Shown here one piece after another: positions 35,432 through 48,502 of a DNA stretch of 64,000 nt. The stretch's first letter is position 1. The number at the start of each line of letters is the position of its first letter. The position numbers and the translations under genes were made by a program. Source of the DNA: Heptranchias perlo (lineage: Eukaryota). The DNA is taken from positions 4,340,001-4,404,000 of the forward strand of contig NC_090368.1 of the NCBI RefSeq assembly GCF_035084215.1, written 5' to 3'. The notes under the pieces were generated by a model. The model saw only the letters and a list, made by a program, of their open reading frames with translations, had not been told where the DNA came from and did not search any database.

Positions 35432-36727
35432 CTACAAGGGAACAAGAGTGGTGAGACTGTAGAACTCACTACCACATGGAGTAGTTGAGGCGAATAGATG
35501 CATTTAGGGGCGGGGGGGGGGGGGGGGCGGGGACTGGATAAGTACACGAGGGAGAAAGGAATAGAAGGGTATGCTGATTGGGCGAGATGAAGTAAGGTGG
35601 GAGGAGGCTCGTGTGGAGCATAAACACCGGCATAAGTCATTTGGGCAAATGGCCTGTTTCTGTGCTGTAAAATTCTACGTAATTCTATGTAACGGGGACA
35701 CAAGATTTACATATCACACAGGATGGGAGTTACCACGCTTAAACCTGGATTGTTAACAGGAGGAAAAAAAGATCAGAAAGAACAAACTTGCATTTCTATA
35801 GCTCCTTTCACTGCTTCAGAGGTCTCAAAGTGCTTTACAGCCAATTAAGTCCTTTTTTTTGGAAGTGTAGTCACTGTTGTAATGTAGGAAACGCGGCAGC
35901 CAATTTGCACACAGCAAGATCCCACAAACAATGTGATAATGACCAGATCATCTGCTTTTCAAGTGTTGGTTGAGGAATAAATATTGGACCCAGGGCACCG
36001 GGGAGAACTCACCTGTTCCTCTTCGAAACAGTGGCCGTGGGATCTTTTACGGCCACCCGAGAGCGCCAAACGGCCAGTTTCTATACTGTAAATTCTATGT
36101 AATTCCCCTTGAAACACACTTGAGCCTGTGTGTTATCGAGCTGCTGCAAACAGATGGAGCCAGTGGTTGGTGGATTTGTTTGGTTTTTAAACAAGCTTTG
36201 CCATTGGTTTGAATTGTCAAACCAGGTGGCTTGAACTGAAATTGGGTTTTATGAGCATTTATTCACCACAATTTTTTTTTGCCAGTTTTCTCGCTTCCTC
36301 TCCTGAAAGTGCAGATTTAGGAGCCAGGATACAGCTTTGGGGGCAAGTCGCTCTGTTACCCGTCCCAAGCGGGCATCCTTAATACCTGAATCTAGATAGT
36401 GAGGGGGGGGTTACTGAGTTCGACTAGAACACCATTAACACACCCCAACTGAGATCAGTTCAGCAGAAACTAAGGGGTTGAGTGTGGGATCCGTACGGCT
36501 CAGTGCCAGACCAGGTGACAAATGTATCCATCAAACCACGTTGGGATACAAACCGCACTTGTAATGCCAGCATAACCATCCGGAAACAGTGACACTGTCG
36601 CAGGGCAATAGATGGTGGAGATAGCCGCTGGGGTCAAACATTTCAGAGTGCAATTTTGATCAACCAGGGCATATTTTTACAGCTCTGTATCCAGCAGTTG
36701 CTTGTAGTCATGGACACATACCTCTGA

Positions 36728-37382
36728 TCCTGGGCTTCATAAATAGGAGGCAGAGTACACAAAAGCAAGGAAGTCATGATGAACCTTTATAAAAAAAACA
36801 CTGGTTTGACCACAACTGGAGTATTATGTCCAGTTCTGGACACCGCACTTTAGGAAAGATGTGAAGGCCTTGGAGAGGGAGCAGAAGAGATTTACTGGAA
36901 TGATTCCAGGGATGAGGGACTTCAGCTACGTGGATAGACTGGAGAAGCTGGGGTTGTTCTCCTTGGAACAGAGAAGGTTGAGAGGAGATTTGATAGAGGT
37001 ATTTAAAATCATGAAAGGTCTAGACAGAGTAGATAGAGAGAAACTGTTCCCATTGACGGAAGGGTCAAGAACCAGAGGACACAGATTTGAGGTGATTGGC
37101 AAAAGAACCAAAAGGTGACATGAGGAAAAACTTTTTTTTTGAAAAAAACACAGCGAGTGGTTAAGATCTGGAATACACTGCCCAAGGGGGTGGTGGATGA
37201 GGCAGGTTCAATCATGGCTTTCAAAAGGGAATTGGATAAATACCCTTAAAAGGAAAAAAATATGCAGGGCTATGGGGTTAGGGCAGGGGAGTGGGACTAG
37301 CTGGACTGATCTTGCATAGAGCTGGCACGGACTCCATGGGCTGAATGGCCTCCTTCCGTGCTGAAACCTTTCTATGATTCTA
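36728..37382 (+). mobile_element. CR1 3' fragment
   Basis: KALEREQKRFTGMIPGMRDFSYVDRLEKLGLFSLEQRRLRGDLIEV. Confidence 0.9.
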
Positions 37383-37672
37383 CAAAGTGCTCAGGGCAAA
37401 CTTCAAGCTATTCAATAAAGAGGATCATCCAATAACATTGCCAGTGTTATAGGCTCAAAGGTCACATTCATTTTTTTTAAAGAAAAAAAACAGATGTTCA
37501 TCATATTGAGCAGCTACTGTATGTATTACATAGTATTTACAACATAGAAACAGGCCATTGCCAGTCTTTATGCTCCACAAGAGCCTCTTCCCACTCTATC
37601 CTTCTATTCCTTTCTCCTATATTTGACTGGTCTGCACAGGAGGAGAAAAGCATGAAATCCACTCTAGCTTAC

Positions 37673-37845
37673 CTTACAGCACTGGTGTAGAGGCTGCTCT
37701 GGGGCTGGCTCACTGGCACACTGGTCGTTGGGGTTGATTCGTACTCAGACAGCATAGGCTCAGAACCAAACTGCAAGGCCCCAAACTGCAGGTTTAACCC
37801 TGCAATGTCTGCCGAAGCAGGCATCTCCACGGCAGAAGATGGGAT
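37673..37845 (-). CDS. UBAP2L: UBAP2L exon, DUF3697/G3BP-binding region (IPSSAVEMPASADIAGLNLQFGALQFGSEP...)
   Basis: tag|...|gtaag, 173 nt, phase 0/2; the AVEMP and LQFG motifs are diagnostic of UBAP2/UBAP2L/lingerer. Confidence 0.97.
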
Positions 37846-37920
37846 CTATGGGGACAAGAAAAAAGTTCAAATAAAATGGTTACATTTTGCACACATTTCC
37901 AGGGGTCGGCTAAAAGGAAT

Positions 37921-38310
37921 AAAGACTTGCATTTATATAGTGCCGTTCAGGGCAAATAAAGTACTTTTTCGAAGTATAGTCACTGTTGTAATGTAAGAAA
38001 CAGCAGCCAGCTGGTACATAGCAAGATCCCACAAACAGCAATGTGATAATGCCAGATAATTTTTTTAAAAAGTGATAAGGGATAAACGTCGGCCAGGACA
38101 CCAGGGAAATATCCCCTGCTCTTCCTCGAAATAGTGCCATGGGGACTTTTACGTCCACCCGAGGCAGCAGATGGGGCCTCGGTTTAACGTCTCATCCGAA
38201 AGACGGCCCCCGACAGTGCAGCGCTCCCTCAGTACTGCGCTGGGAGTGTCTGCCTGTAATACGTGCTCAGGTCTCTGGAGTGGGAACTTGAACCCACAAC
38301 CTTTGGACTC
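37921..38310 (-). mobile_element. tRNA-derived SINE
   Basis: Same core as 13750-14208; further copies at about 23360-23735, 35785-36062, 39700-40125, 47320-47600, 50265-50560 and 63790-63965. Confidence 0.8.
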
Positions 38311-40166
38311 AAAGTGGACAAAGCACCTGGTTCAGACAACACCCATGAGTTTTGAAGGAAGCAGAGATATTAGCAAAAAGATGATTGAGAGAAGATCTGA
38401 TGGCAGTGTTCAAAACTATTACAGGTTTTGAAAAGGTAAGATCAGGAAAAACTACTTCCACTGGCAAGTGAGTCAGTGACTAGAGGGAAGGATTAGATTT
38501 CCCCCCCGCTCCCCACATAAAGGAGTGTTAGGACATTCCATATCCTATCAGGAATAGTGGTGCAAGCAAAATCCATAATAGCTTTCAAAAGGAAAGTGAA
38601 TAAATATTTGGAAAAGATTTTTTTAAAAAAAGATAGGGCAGGCAGATGGGTCTAATTGGATAGCTCTCCCAGGCACAAAGGGCCGAATGGCCCCCTCCTG
38701 TGCTGTAAAAGTCTATTATTCGCTGATCCTGTAACATGGCGTAAATTTGTACTTTAAAAAGTTCACTAGGCGCAGACGAAAACCCAAAGATCAAGTAACT
38801 CCATTATCCTGAAAACGAGGGTTGAGAGATATACATGGGAAACTTAACGCTGTAGGAAGAATCTTTGAAGGAATTATAAAGAGGGGGAAAACAGCAGAGA
38901 AAGCACAGATTAATGAAGTTTATCAATGACAAAGAACGCAGATGTGACATACTATAGCTTTTCACAAAGCACTTGATAAAGTTCCACCATTAACCCAGAG
39001 AGAAAGATTGCTGAAATACAATTAGCTTAGAAAGGGTGAAGAAATGAAGAATTTTTCACGGTAGAAGGGGGTTATGAGCAGTCTAACCCCAGATTCAATC
39101 TTGGGATGAGCCTCCCCTCCCTTTTGTTATGTAAATGACTTGGATGAGACGAGCAAAAGCAAAATCTCCACAGCTACAAATGTTTTGGCAATTGGAAGTG
39201 GAGCAAATAATGAACAATGGAACCAAGAGGATTTAGTCCTTTTGGGAAACTGGGCCAGTAAATAGCAAATGCAGTTCAACAGAAACAAACGTAAGATACG
39301 GTCTCCACCATTTTATAGCAGACACATTCCTGTGAATGCAATTTGCCCGCTATAAGTGATTACAGTAATCGACACAATAATGTTCCTTCTGTGCACCTCT
39401 ACTGCGACCCACAGCTTTATTTAAACTAGTAAGCACAGCTGTTTCTGCCCGAAATAAACACAGCACTCAAGAGGTATAGCATGACCATCGGGAAAAATGT
39501 ACAGTTAATTGTGGAGAAATCATTAGTTCAATGCATGCCTGCGGTAAAGTCAGCAAGTTACTGGGTCTCAGGGGCATCACGACGTAAAGACTGGCTCCAA
39601 TGGTGAAGCTGGGATGACCAGCTGTGATCAGTCTGACAGATGTCCACCTCCCATGGACAACACAAAATGGGCACCACAGAGGAGCCCTGTAAAGAAAGAA
39701 CTTGCACATATAATATTGTTCACATCATGATGTCCCAAAGCCCGTCACAGCCAATCAATTACTTTCGAAGTGTGGTTTATTTACATACAGTAAGCGCAGC
39801 AGCAAATTTGCATACAAGGTCCCGCAAACAGCAGTGAGGTAAATGACCAGTTAATCTGTTTTTGGTGGCATTGGTCCAGGGGTAATGTTGGTCCAAGAAA
39901 AAACGCAGGGAGAAGTCCCCTGCTCTTCTTCAAATAGTGCCATGGGGCCTTTCAGGCCCACCTGAACAGGTAGTTTAACATCTCATCTGAAAGAGTGCCT
40001 CTGACAATGCAGGCATCTAGCCGTATTTTACTGAATTAAGCACTCAAATTCTGGGCTGAGCTGTGACCCCATGATTTTCTGACTCAAGAGGCAAGGGTGC
40101 TACCAACCGAGACAAGCTGACACCTCAAGGCTTCCCTATTGCTAAGTATGCGGCAGATATCACTCG

Positions 40167-40745
40167 TAAGAGCTCCTTACTACAATTGTACAGGGCTTTG
40201 GTGAGACCTCACCTGGAAGTACTGGTCTCTTTATCTAAGGAAGCACATACTTGCCTTAGAGGCTGTGCAATGAAGGCTCACTAGATTAATTCCTGGGATG
40301 AGAGGGTTGTCCTATGAGGAGAGGTCGAGTAGAATGGGCCGATACTCTCTGGAGTTTAGAAGAAAGAGGTGATCTCATTGAAACATAAGAAGCTGAGAGG
40401 CCTTGACAGGGTAGATGCTGAGAGGCTGTTTCCCCTGGCTGGAGTGTCTAGAACTAGGGGGCATAGTTGCAGGATAAGGGATCGGCCGTTTAAGACCGAG
40501 ATGAGGCGGAATTTCTTCATGCAGAGGGTTGCGATTGGAATTCTCTACCCCAGAGGGCTGTGGATGCTGAGTTGTTGAGTATATTCAAGACTGAGATAGA
40601 TTTTTGGACTCTGGGGGAAATTAAGGGATATGGGAATCGGGCTGGAAAGTGGAGTTGAGGTCGAAGATCAGCCAATGGTCTCGACTGAATGGCGGAGCAG
40701 GCTCGAGGGGCTGGATGGCCGACTCCTGCTCCTCTTTATGTTCTT
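40167..40745 (+). mobile_element. CR1 3' fragment
   Basis: LRGLDRVDAERLFPLAG...RRNFFMQRV; homologous to 7990-8576. Confidence 0.85.
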
Positions 40746-40776
40746 TTGAGTTATCTTCCAGTAAGTTTATGCTTAC

Positions 40777-41024
40777 CTTAGAAGAAATAGAAGCCTTTTT
40801 CTTCTGTGGTTTCAGTTTCTGCTGTGCAGGCTGGGGACTGGAGGGCTGGTTCTCAGAGGACCCGGGAGACACCTGAGCCGTGCTCGATTTATTCGGCAGA
40901 GGTGAGTTTGGAGTTGCTGTCGGCTGTTTGGTGGGGATGAAGACTTCCATCATGTTGGAGTTGGAGTAAGACTGCCGCTGACCGAAGGGACTGTGGACTG
41001 AAGATTCTGTTTGGTTTTTCAACT
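40777..41024 (-). CDS. UBAP2L: UBAP2L exon (ELKNQTESSVHSPF...KKKASISSK)
   Basis: aag|...|gtaag, 248 nt, phase 1/0. Confidence 0.94.
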
Positions 41025-41589
41025 CTTGATTAAAAGAGACACCGATCAGCATTTGTTACTACTTCATGAAGAGGAGATCTGCACTCATTATTTCTGAAAA
41101 ACCCACGTATGCCTCCCTAGATTACACTGCAGGAGTGCAGCTGACTGCAAGAAACACGGACACCCATTTGCCTGAATAACTAACTCAACCAGACAGTTTC
41201 GTGGATGGCCAATTAATTCATTCATTCTTGTCTTTCTTTCCAGCAGGAGTCCTTGGGTAGCAATCAGGAGCTGATTTTTCCCTTGGCTCTCCCAAATCAG
41301 AGGCCAGTTGCTACCCCAAATTGACCCCAGCACATGACCCCACCCAGACTTTCCTGACTGTTGTTTCGGAGGATGTTGGGTGGATCCAATGGTAGAATTC
41401 ACATGGAATCATCAAACTAAGGCCTTGTGGCGATGTCAATGTCCCAAGTGGCAACGCCGCTGAGAATCCAGGTTGACACTCCCATGGGGTGGAGTGCTGC
41501 ACTGTACTCCTATTCTGGACGGGGGCTTGAACCCACAATCTGCTGACTCAGGAGGCGAGTGCGCTACCAAATGAGCCATTCTGACACAC

Positions 41590-42022
41590 ATATTGCACTA
41601 GAGGGGCTACAGAGGAGGTTTACGAGGATGTTGCCAGGACTGGAGAATTTTAGCTATGAGGAAAGATTGGATAGGCTGGGGTTGTTCTCTTTGGAGCAGA
41701 GTAGGCTGAGGGGAGATTTAATTGAGGTGTGTAAAATTATGAGGGGCCTATTTCCCTTAGCAGAGAGGTCAATAACCAGGGGACATTGATTTAAAGTAAT
41801 TGGTAGAAGGATTAGAGGGAAGTTGAGGAGAAATTTTTGCACCCAGAGGGTGGTGGGTGGGGGTCTGGAACTCACTGCCTGTGAGGGTGGTAGAGGCAGA
41901 AACCCTCAACTCATTCAAAAAGTACTTGGATATGCCATAACCTACATGGCTACGGACCAACAGCTGGACACGATGGGCCTAATGGCCTCCCTCTGTGTTG
42001 TAAATTTCCATAATTCTATGAT
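41590..42022 (+). mobile_element. CR1 3' fragment
   Basis: ALEGLQRRFTRMLPGLENFSYEERLDRLGLFSLEQSRLRGDLIEV. Confidence 0.88.
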
Positions 42023-42125
42023 ATATCATGCACTTTTAAAGGACACACTGAGTTGCTATTCTACTTGAGTTACAATTCCTTGCGCACACAAAGCAAAAGC
42101 ACTCCTCAGTTGATCCACCTCTTAC

Positions 42126-42324
42126 CAAAATGGCTGAGCGCCGAAGGCTGTGATGTGGGTCCCATGTCCCAGGAAGAAGCTGCGTTACTGGTGGGTTGTG
42201 TATGCTGGGCTGCCAACTGTGCCAGGGCCTGGGCAGTCTTCAGCTGCTCCAGCAGCTGAGACCCCGCGGTGCTGCCACCCTTTGGCTCGCCAACGTCCCC
42301 AAAGTTCTTACTCAGCATGCTAAC
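42126..42324 (-). CDS. UBAP2L: UBAP2L exon (VSMLSKNFGDVGEPKGGSTAGSQLLEQLKTAQALAQLAAQH...)
   Basis: cag|...|gtaag, 199 nt, phase 0/1. Confidence 0.96.
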
Positions 42325-43491
42325 CTGGAGGCAAGAAAGGAAGAAAAGTCGCCTAGAACATCAGCCTTCAGAAACACACTGGAGGTGCCCAACCAAGCTA
42401 CTTAGAGATGCACACAGGTAGAACTTTAGTGTGCCTGATGTGGAGTGCACAGTTCAGCAGCACAGAGCACTGGCTGACTTCCCACCCACACCTGCCCATC
42501 TGGGACCAGCCTACCAATTTCCAAATTGGCTTACAGGAATGGGATGAGTCCCAGTCTCCCAGTCCCCATTGTTTCCAGACACTAGGGATTGGCTCAGTCA
42601 TCAGATCGCTGATTCTGCCAAATAGGACTGACTCAGTTCTAATCTCTCATTGTCAGGCGTCGTCACCTCGGTCCCAACAGACCTGCGTATATTTCTAAGT
42701 GCAATTGCGAATGTTTGGTCTGTTTTTTTTCCCCCAATTTTCTCCCACTCTTGCTGGAAATATTTCAACACGCTCGTTCTTCAAGTGTGACCCAGCTATC
42801 TGACTGGGAAGGGCATCGCTGCCAAGCCCGATCCTGACCTCAACAGAGTGCACACCCACACACTTCCAGCAAGTGCTCAGCAATAGCGTGCCATCTGATC
42901 TGTAGCAGAGGGCACTGACACCAATTGGAGCACCCAAACGGAAATTGGCTACCTCAGCGCAGATCAGGGAACTGACCCACGGTGGGTATTTTTTGCTAAT
43001 TTGCTTCTGTTGACAGGAAGGCGGCATCTGGGGCCTCGTGAAGTGGCCATTTCTTGCGTGCGAGCACCAACAGTGAGCTTTGGAAAACTATTCGCCTGGA
43101 GGCAGATGGAATCCATTCCTCTCCTACCAGATGCCCTCAAGTATGCATTTCCAGCAGGGATCGTTGAATAGTTATCGGGAATGGGAGCACTGGTGCGTTT
43201 TCTTCTCCTTAACCTTGGGACACTGGAGGACCACTACAGCTGTCCTAACTCAACTTGGGAATCAAACCCAAGATTGTCCTGGCTCAGTACCACACTGGAG
43301 AGTGCATTCATCTCCTCTACTGTCTTTGCTGCCCGGAACCCTATCCCTTTCCCCTTCCCACCTTCATTCAGGCTCATTGCAGTATAAGATTCCCTCACTG
43401 CTCCAATGACAAATCCAGACCCTCCCCCCCCCCCTCCCCCCCCCCCTCCCCCCCCCCCCCCCCCCCTCCAATTCATCCCAGCCCTCCTTAC

Positions 43492-43663
43492 CATATTGTG
43501 CTGAGGGAAAGTGTTCGGAGGAGATGGCTGAGACACTGGATGCTGTTTCGAATTGTTGAACACCAAAGGCTGAGAGAGCGTGGGTGAAGCGGAGGTGTCC
43601 AAGGGAGCCGGCTCACTCTCTGATGATGAGGGCTGCTTACCCAACAACACTGCCAGGTCAATT
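43492..43663 (-). CDS. UBAP2L: UBAP2L exon (IDLAVLLGKQPSS...PQHNM)
   Basis: tag|...|gtaag, 172 nt, phase 2/0. Confidence 0.95.
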
Positions 43664-45262
43664 CTACATTAAAAATGGAAAGAAAACGTAAGTTGAACTC
43701 TTTTGCTTCCGCTTATCAGAAGGTCGGAAATGTACACGAGAACTCACCATAATTAAGAGCCGTTATATATGGCCTAGGTGCAGTCTGACGCTGCCAATCG
43801 TTACAGCACAGAAGGAGGCCACTTGGCCCATTGAGCCTGTGCCTGTTTTTTTTTTAAAGTGGGGATTTGCAATGGTCCTTTTTTGTTTTTGCATGTAACT
43901 AATTCTCTTTTCATATTATATGGTTTTCTTTTCCATATTTTTAAAAAGAGAAACCATTCCATTTTTTTAAAAAAAATTGTTTTAAAATCTCTCAAAAGTC
44001 AAAAAAAGACTTTGACAGAGCTGTTACACAATGTTTAAAAATCAACCCTCAAGTAAAATATGTACACAAATCCAACAGAAGAAAACCAAGGCTAATACAT
44101 AATAAAGCCTAAAGCAAACTATGCAAAAATAAAAGGCTTGAATAACTTTTAACAAACAAGAGCACTTCTCAGTACTTTGCAAGTGCTCTGCTTTACCACA
44201 AAGCTTAGAATGCGTGAGTTTTTCCAAAACATCCATAAAAAGATTGAATGTCAACCTTCATACCATAACAACATGGAACCATTTATAATCGTTACACTGA
44301 AATGTTCTTAGTTTGGTCAGATCATATGACCAAATCAGTAAATCACAAGTAAAGTAAATGGACATTACGTTTTATCCAACAGTGCCAGAACATTTTGTAA
44401 ATAGGTGATTTTTTTTCCCCTGCTTGTCGCCACGTGGAGCTATAAAAAAAAGTGGGATAATTTCCTCTGGACAGAAATTTTCAAAAAAAAAATTAAAATT
44501 AAAAGTTTTACCAGGATACTGACCAGAGGAAGTCTTCCTGTACTGCTTTAAGAGGTTGATTCACATAACTTTGGCAGGAGGGTATAATCACAGTGTGACA
44601 AGTTTACATAGGCAGCTTCCAATATAAATGTGAACATAGGAACTTATAATGGAAAAACAGTGACAGGAAATGGGAACAGACGGAAGATTTTTAATAGAAT
44701 CATACAGCACTAAAGGAGTCCATTCGGCCCATTGTGCTTATTCCAGCTCTTTGAAAGAGCTATCCAATTAGTCTCACTCCCCCCGCTCTTTCCCCATAGC
44801 CCTGCAAATTTTTCCCGTTCAAGTATTTATCCAATTCCCTTTGAAAGTTACCATTGAATCTGCTTCCACCGTCCTTTTAGGTAGTGCATTCCAGATCATT
44901 ACAACTCACTGCATAAAAATATTAGAGGTGTAATAAGGCACTATATAAATGCAAGTGTTTCTTCCTTTTATTAGAAAAGGTCCAGGGTGGCGTTTAGTCC
45001 ATTAAAATCAATTGCTACTTTTAATTGTTACCAAAATAGGAGGAAAGAAAATAAGTGAATTGCACTGATGCACCAGGCCTCTGGACAAACTCGAGGCTCT
45101 TCTGCACTTTAGTTCAAAAACCCCCAAACACCTGTATGACTCCTGTAGTTCACCCCAAACCATCCTACAGAAAGATGCCAGGGCTGGAGGTTCAATCCAA
45201 AAATCTCGATGAACAGGTGGCGAGCAAGATCGGTCAGAGGGCGATCAGAGAATACCACACAA

Positions 45263-45742
45263 AGAGTACTGCGCAGTTCTGGTCTCCATATTAAAAAAAA
45301 GGATAGAGAGGCAGTGGAGAAGGTGCAAAAAAGATTTACAAGAATGATACTAGAACTGAGAGGCTATACCTATCAGGAAAGAATGAACAGGCTTGGGCTC
45401 TTTTCTCTAGAAAAGAGAAGGCGAAGGGGTGACCTGATAGAGGTTTTTAATATGATAAAGGGGTTTAATAGATGTGGAGAAGATGTTTCCACTTGTGGGG
45501 GAATCCAAAACCAGGGGTCATAAATGAATGCAACAGGGAATTCAGGAGAAACCTCTTTACCCCAGAGAGTGGTTAGAATGTGGAACTCGCTACCACATGG
45601 ACTGGTTGAGGCGATTAGCATAGATGCATTTAAGGAGAAGCTAGATAAACGTATGAGGGAGAAAGGAATAGAAGGATATGCTGATTGGGTTAGATGAGGA
45701 GGGGTGGGAGGAGGCTTGTGTGGAGCATAAACACCGGCATTG
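45263..45742 (+). mobile_element. CR1 3' fragment
   Basis: EKVQKRFTRMILELRGYTYQERMNRLGLFSLEKRRRRGDLIEV; homologous to 5530-6010. Confidence 0.85.
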
Positions 45743-48085
45743 GCCAGTTGGGAAAAAAATTCTTGGACAACACAACAGAAAAAAAGTTAGATGAACTGTA
45801 AGGTAACAGAAAGCCAGGGAATTTTTCAATCTGGTTCTCATCCAATATCCACTTTCCAACAAAGGCCACTGCCTATCCATCAGGAAATAGAACCCTGGCT
45901 GTTTTCTCCCTTCCTTAGCCTGGGGCGGAGGTCGATTCTAGTGTCGATAGTGAGATCAACACAGAGGGTAGAACGGAGCCTGGGACCTCTCTGGCATGCA
46001 CGGTTCAGCTGCACAGTACCCTTGGCAACAGAGCTATGGTGGAAGGGATACAGGTTCAATCCCCCATGCAGAGTCACCGACCTTGGTTACGTCAGCCGCC
46101 AGAGCCATGTGGAGGGGAGGCACTCCCCCACAACCAGCCAGTTAAGACAGAACACTGGCTGAAGCCTTGGCGTTGGATGCCAACATAACCTGCCCACCAC
46201 TGTCAGGTCACCAGACAGGGAGGGGGCGAGAAACACAGTTTATGTGGTTTCTAAACGTGTGCTGCTCAAGTGGAAGTTTACTCAAGTCATGTTTGCCAAA
46301 GTTTAGTAAAACTCAGCACATCCTGGAACATACACAATCACAAGAGGAGCAGTGAACTGACATTAATGACCTATATTTGGTTAGCAAGTATCACAAATTC
46401 AGTTTTGCCAATTTGTCTTCCACTCCTGAAAAGTCTCACCCCAGTTTACTAATGCCTCTTAGGGCCTCGCCCCTCTCCTCGCTGCTACTTCCTTCAGCCC
46501 CAAGTCCCAGCTCACATCCTCTGCTCTTCGTGTTCTAGCCACCCGAGTGTTGAATTAGATTCAACACACCGTGTCCTCATGCCCAAACAACCACTGCTGT
46601 GACAGGTGAGAAATTCCTAGAGTGCAGTCACCCACCCATTAACACCGGGAATTCCCTGCAGCACAAATCTGCATCACAGCAAGTGCACCGATCTCACCCT
46701 AACAAGTGAGCTCCTAAACAAACGTGTAACGGGCCCTGAAGCAAGGCAGATTATAATTCCTAACGTTCAACAGTACAGCCTCTCCGATTCAAAAGTTACA
46801 GTGCCTACAGTACACAGAATTTACAGCACCGAAAGAGGCCATTCGTGCTCCACAAGAGCCTCCTCCCACCCAACGTCATCTAACCCGATCGACATATCCT
46901 TCTATTCCTTTCTTCCTCGTACTTATCTAGCTTCCCCTTAAATGCATCAAACCAGTCCAACAGGATGGGTAAAGGTTTTCAGTTGTCAAGCAATGTAAAG
47001 CTTGATGTTTTAAGTTAACTGTAGTCGGTCAATACAACAACTGTACTCAACCTAGAATCAACTGCGTGTAACAGAGCAACGAGGGATGGGCAATAAATGT
47101 GGCAGTACCAACATCACCCACCAGAGAGCAAACAGGTCAGTCGTTACTCCAGTACACTTTGGACAATATTATGAAGCTCAGACATTGGCAGGCAGCTAGC
47201 TTAAACATCGATGCCTCACTTAACCAATCTTCCATTATAGTGCTTCCGAAGTGAAATTGGAAGGAGATTGATTTAATTATGGGAATTCTTTTTTTAAAAA
47301 AATATAAGACTTTAAACAGAAGCCCCATCTGCCTGTTCAGGCGTCGCAAGATCCCGTGCCATTATTGAAGGAGGCCCAAGAGAGTTCGCTCAGTGTCCAG
47401 GCCAACATTTATCCTTCAAGCAACACCATCGAAAACAGATAAACTGGTTTTCCATCCATTTGCTGTTGGTGGGACTTCACTGAAAATTGACTGCTCCGTT
47501 TCCCTATATAACGACCACACTTCAAAAGTAATTAATTGGCTGTGAAATGCTTTGAAACAGCCAAAGAACATGAAAGGTGCTATATAAATGCACATTCTTC
47601 CGTTCCCCTACATGTGTATCATGGCGTTGTACGAGAGATGTTTTAGCTGTTGAATTAGGTGGGGGGGGTTGCACAGTGGCGACAGAAACTAAATCTATCT
47701 CACATATTTGTTGGTGGTTAAGAGGGTCAGTTTAGTTATCTCTTTTAAAGTTTTCTTTCCTCCAGTGTGAACAGTCCGACTTCTCTTGCTCTTCCACACC
47801 TCTTCAAAGCCACAGCAAATTAACCTGATGACTTGGCAAGCGAGATGAACTCCCTCCCAAAACCTGGATCAAACGGCAATAGAATGCTCACAAAAGCCAC
47901 ATTTATAACCTGAAACAGCTTTACCTGGCAACGATTTAAAAGTATAGTTTTAGATTCAGTTATCCTGACAACTGGGTTTTAAAAACTTAGCTGAGATTCT
48001 CACACCTGCTGCCAGGCTAAAAGTAATTTTTGGTGGTTGTAACGTAGAACGTTTACCAGAATTATTACGAGCGCACACCACGTAC

Positions 48086-48171
48086 CTCTGACCTGCTGTG
48101 ATTGTCACAGTCTCGTTTCCCAAAGGTAGAGGTCCAACATTGGAGGAGGTAAAAATCTTCGTCTCTGACAG
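48086..48171 (-). CDS. UBAP2L: UBAP2L exon (LSETKIFTSSNVGPLPLGNETVTITAGQR)
   Basis: cag|...|gtacg, 86 nt, phase 0/2. Confidence 0.95.
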
Positions 48172-48458
48172 CTGAAGGAGGAAAGTCAATTTTGGTCTTT
48201 AGTCACACGAGAGAGAGGGGGTAAAAAAATTTTAAAAATCATTTTTAAGCAGTTAAAATGGCCAGCTGGCAAGTTCTCTGTATTCCATAACCTGATGCCA
48301 TCACAGGCCCCTCAAAACGTGGCTCTATAAATACGCCATCAGGTTACGGCGACCTGCTCCTGGAGACAGGGGGAGAAGCTGGATCATCTTGTTGGCACTT
48401 GACTACAATGTTAACAGTTTGCAATATTACACAGCACCCATGGAAATGTGGGAAAAGA

Positions 48459-48502
<44 letters not shown>

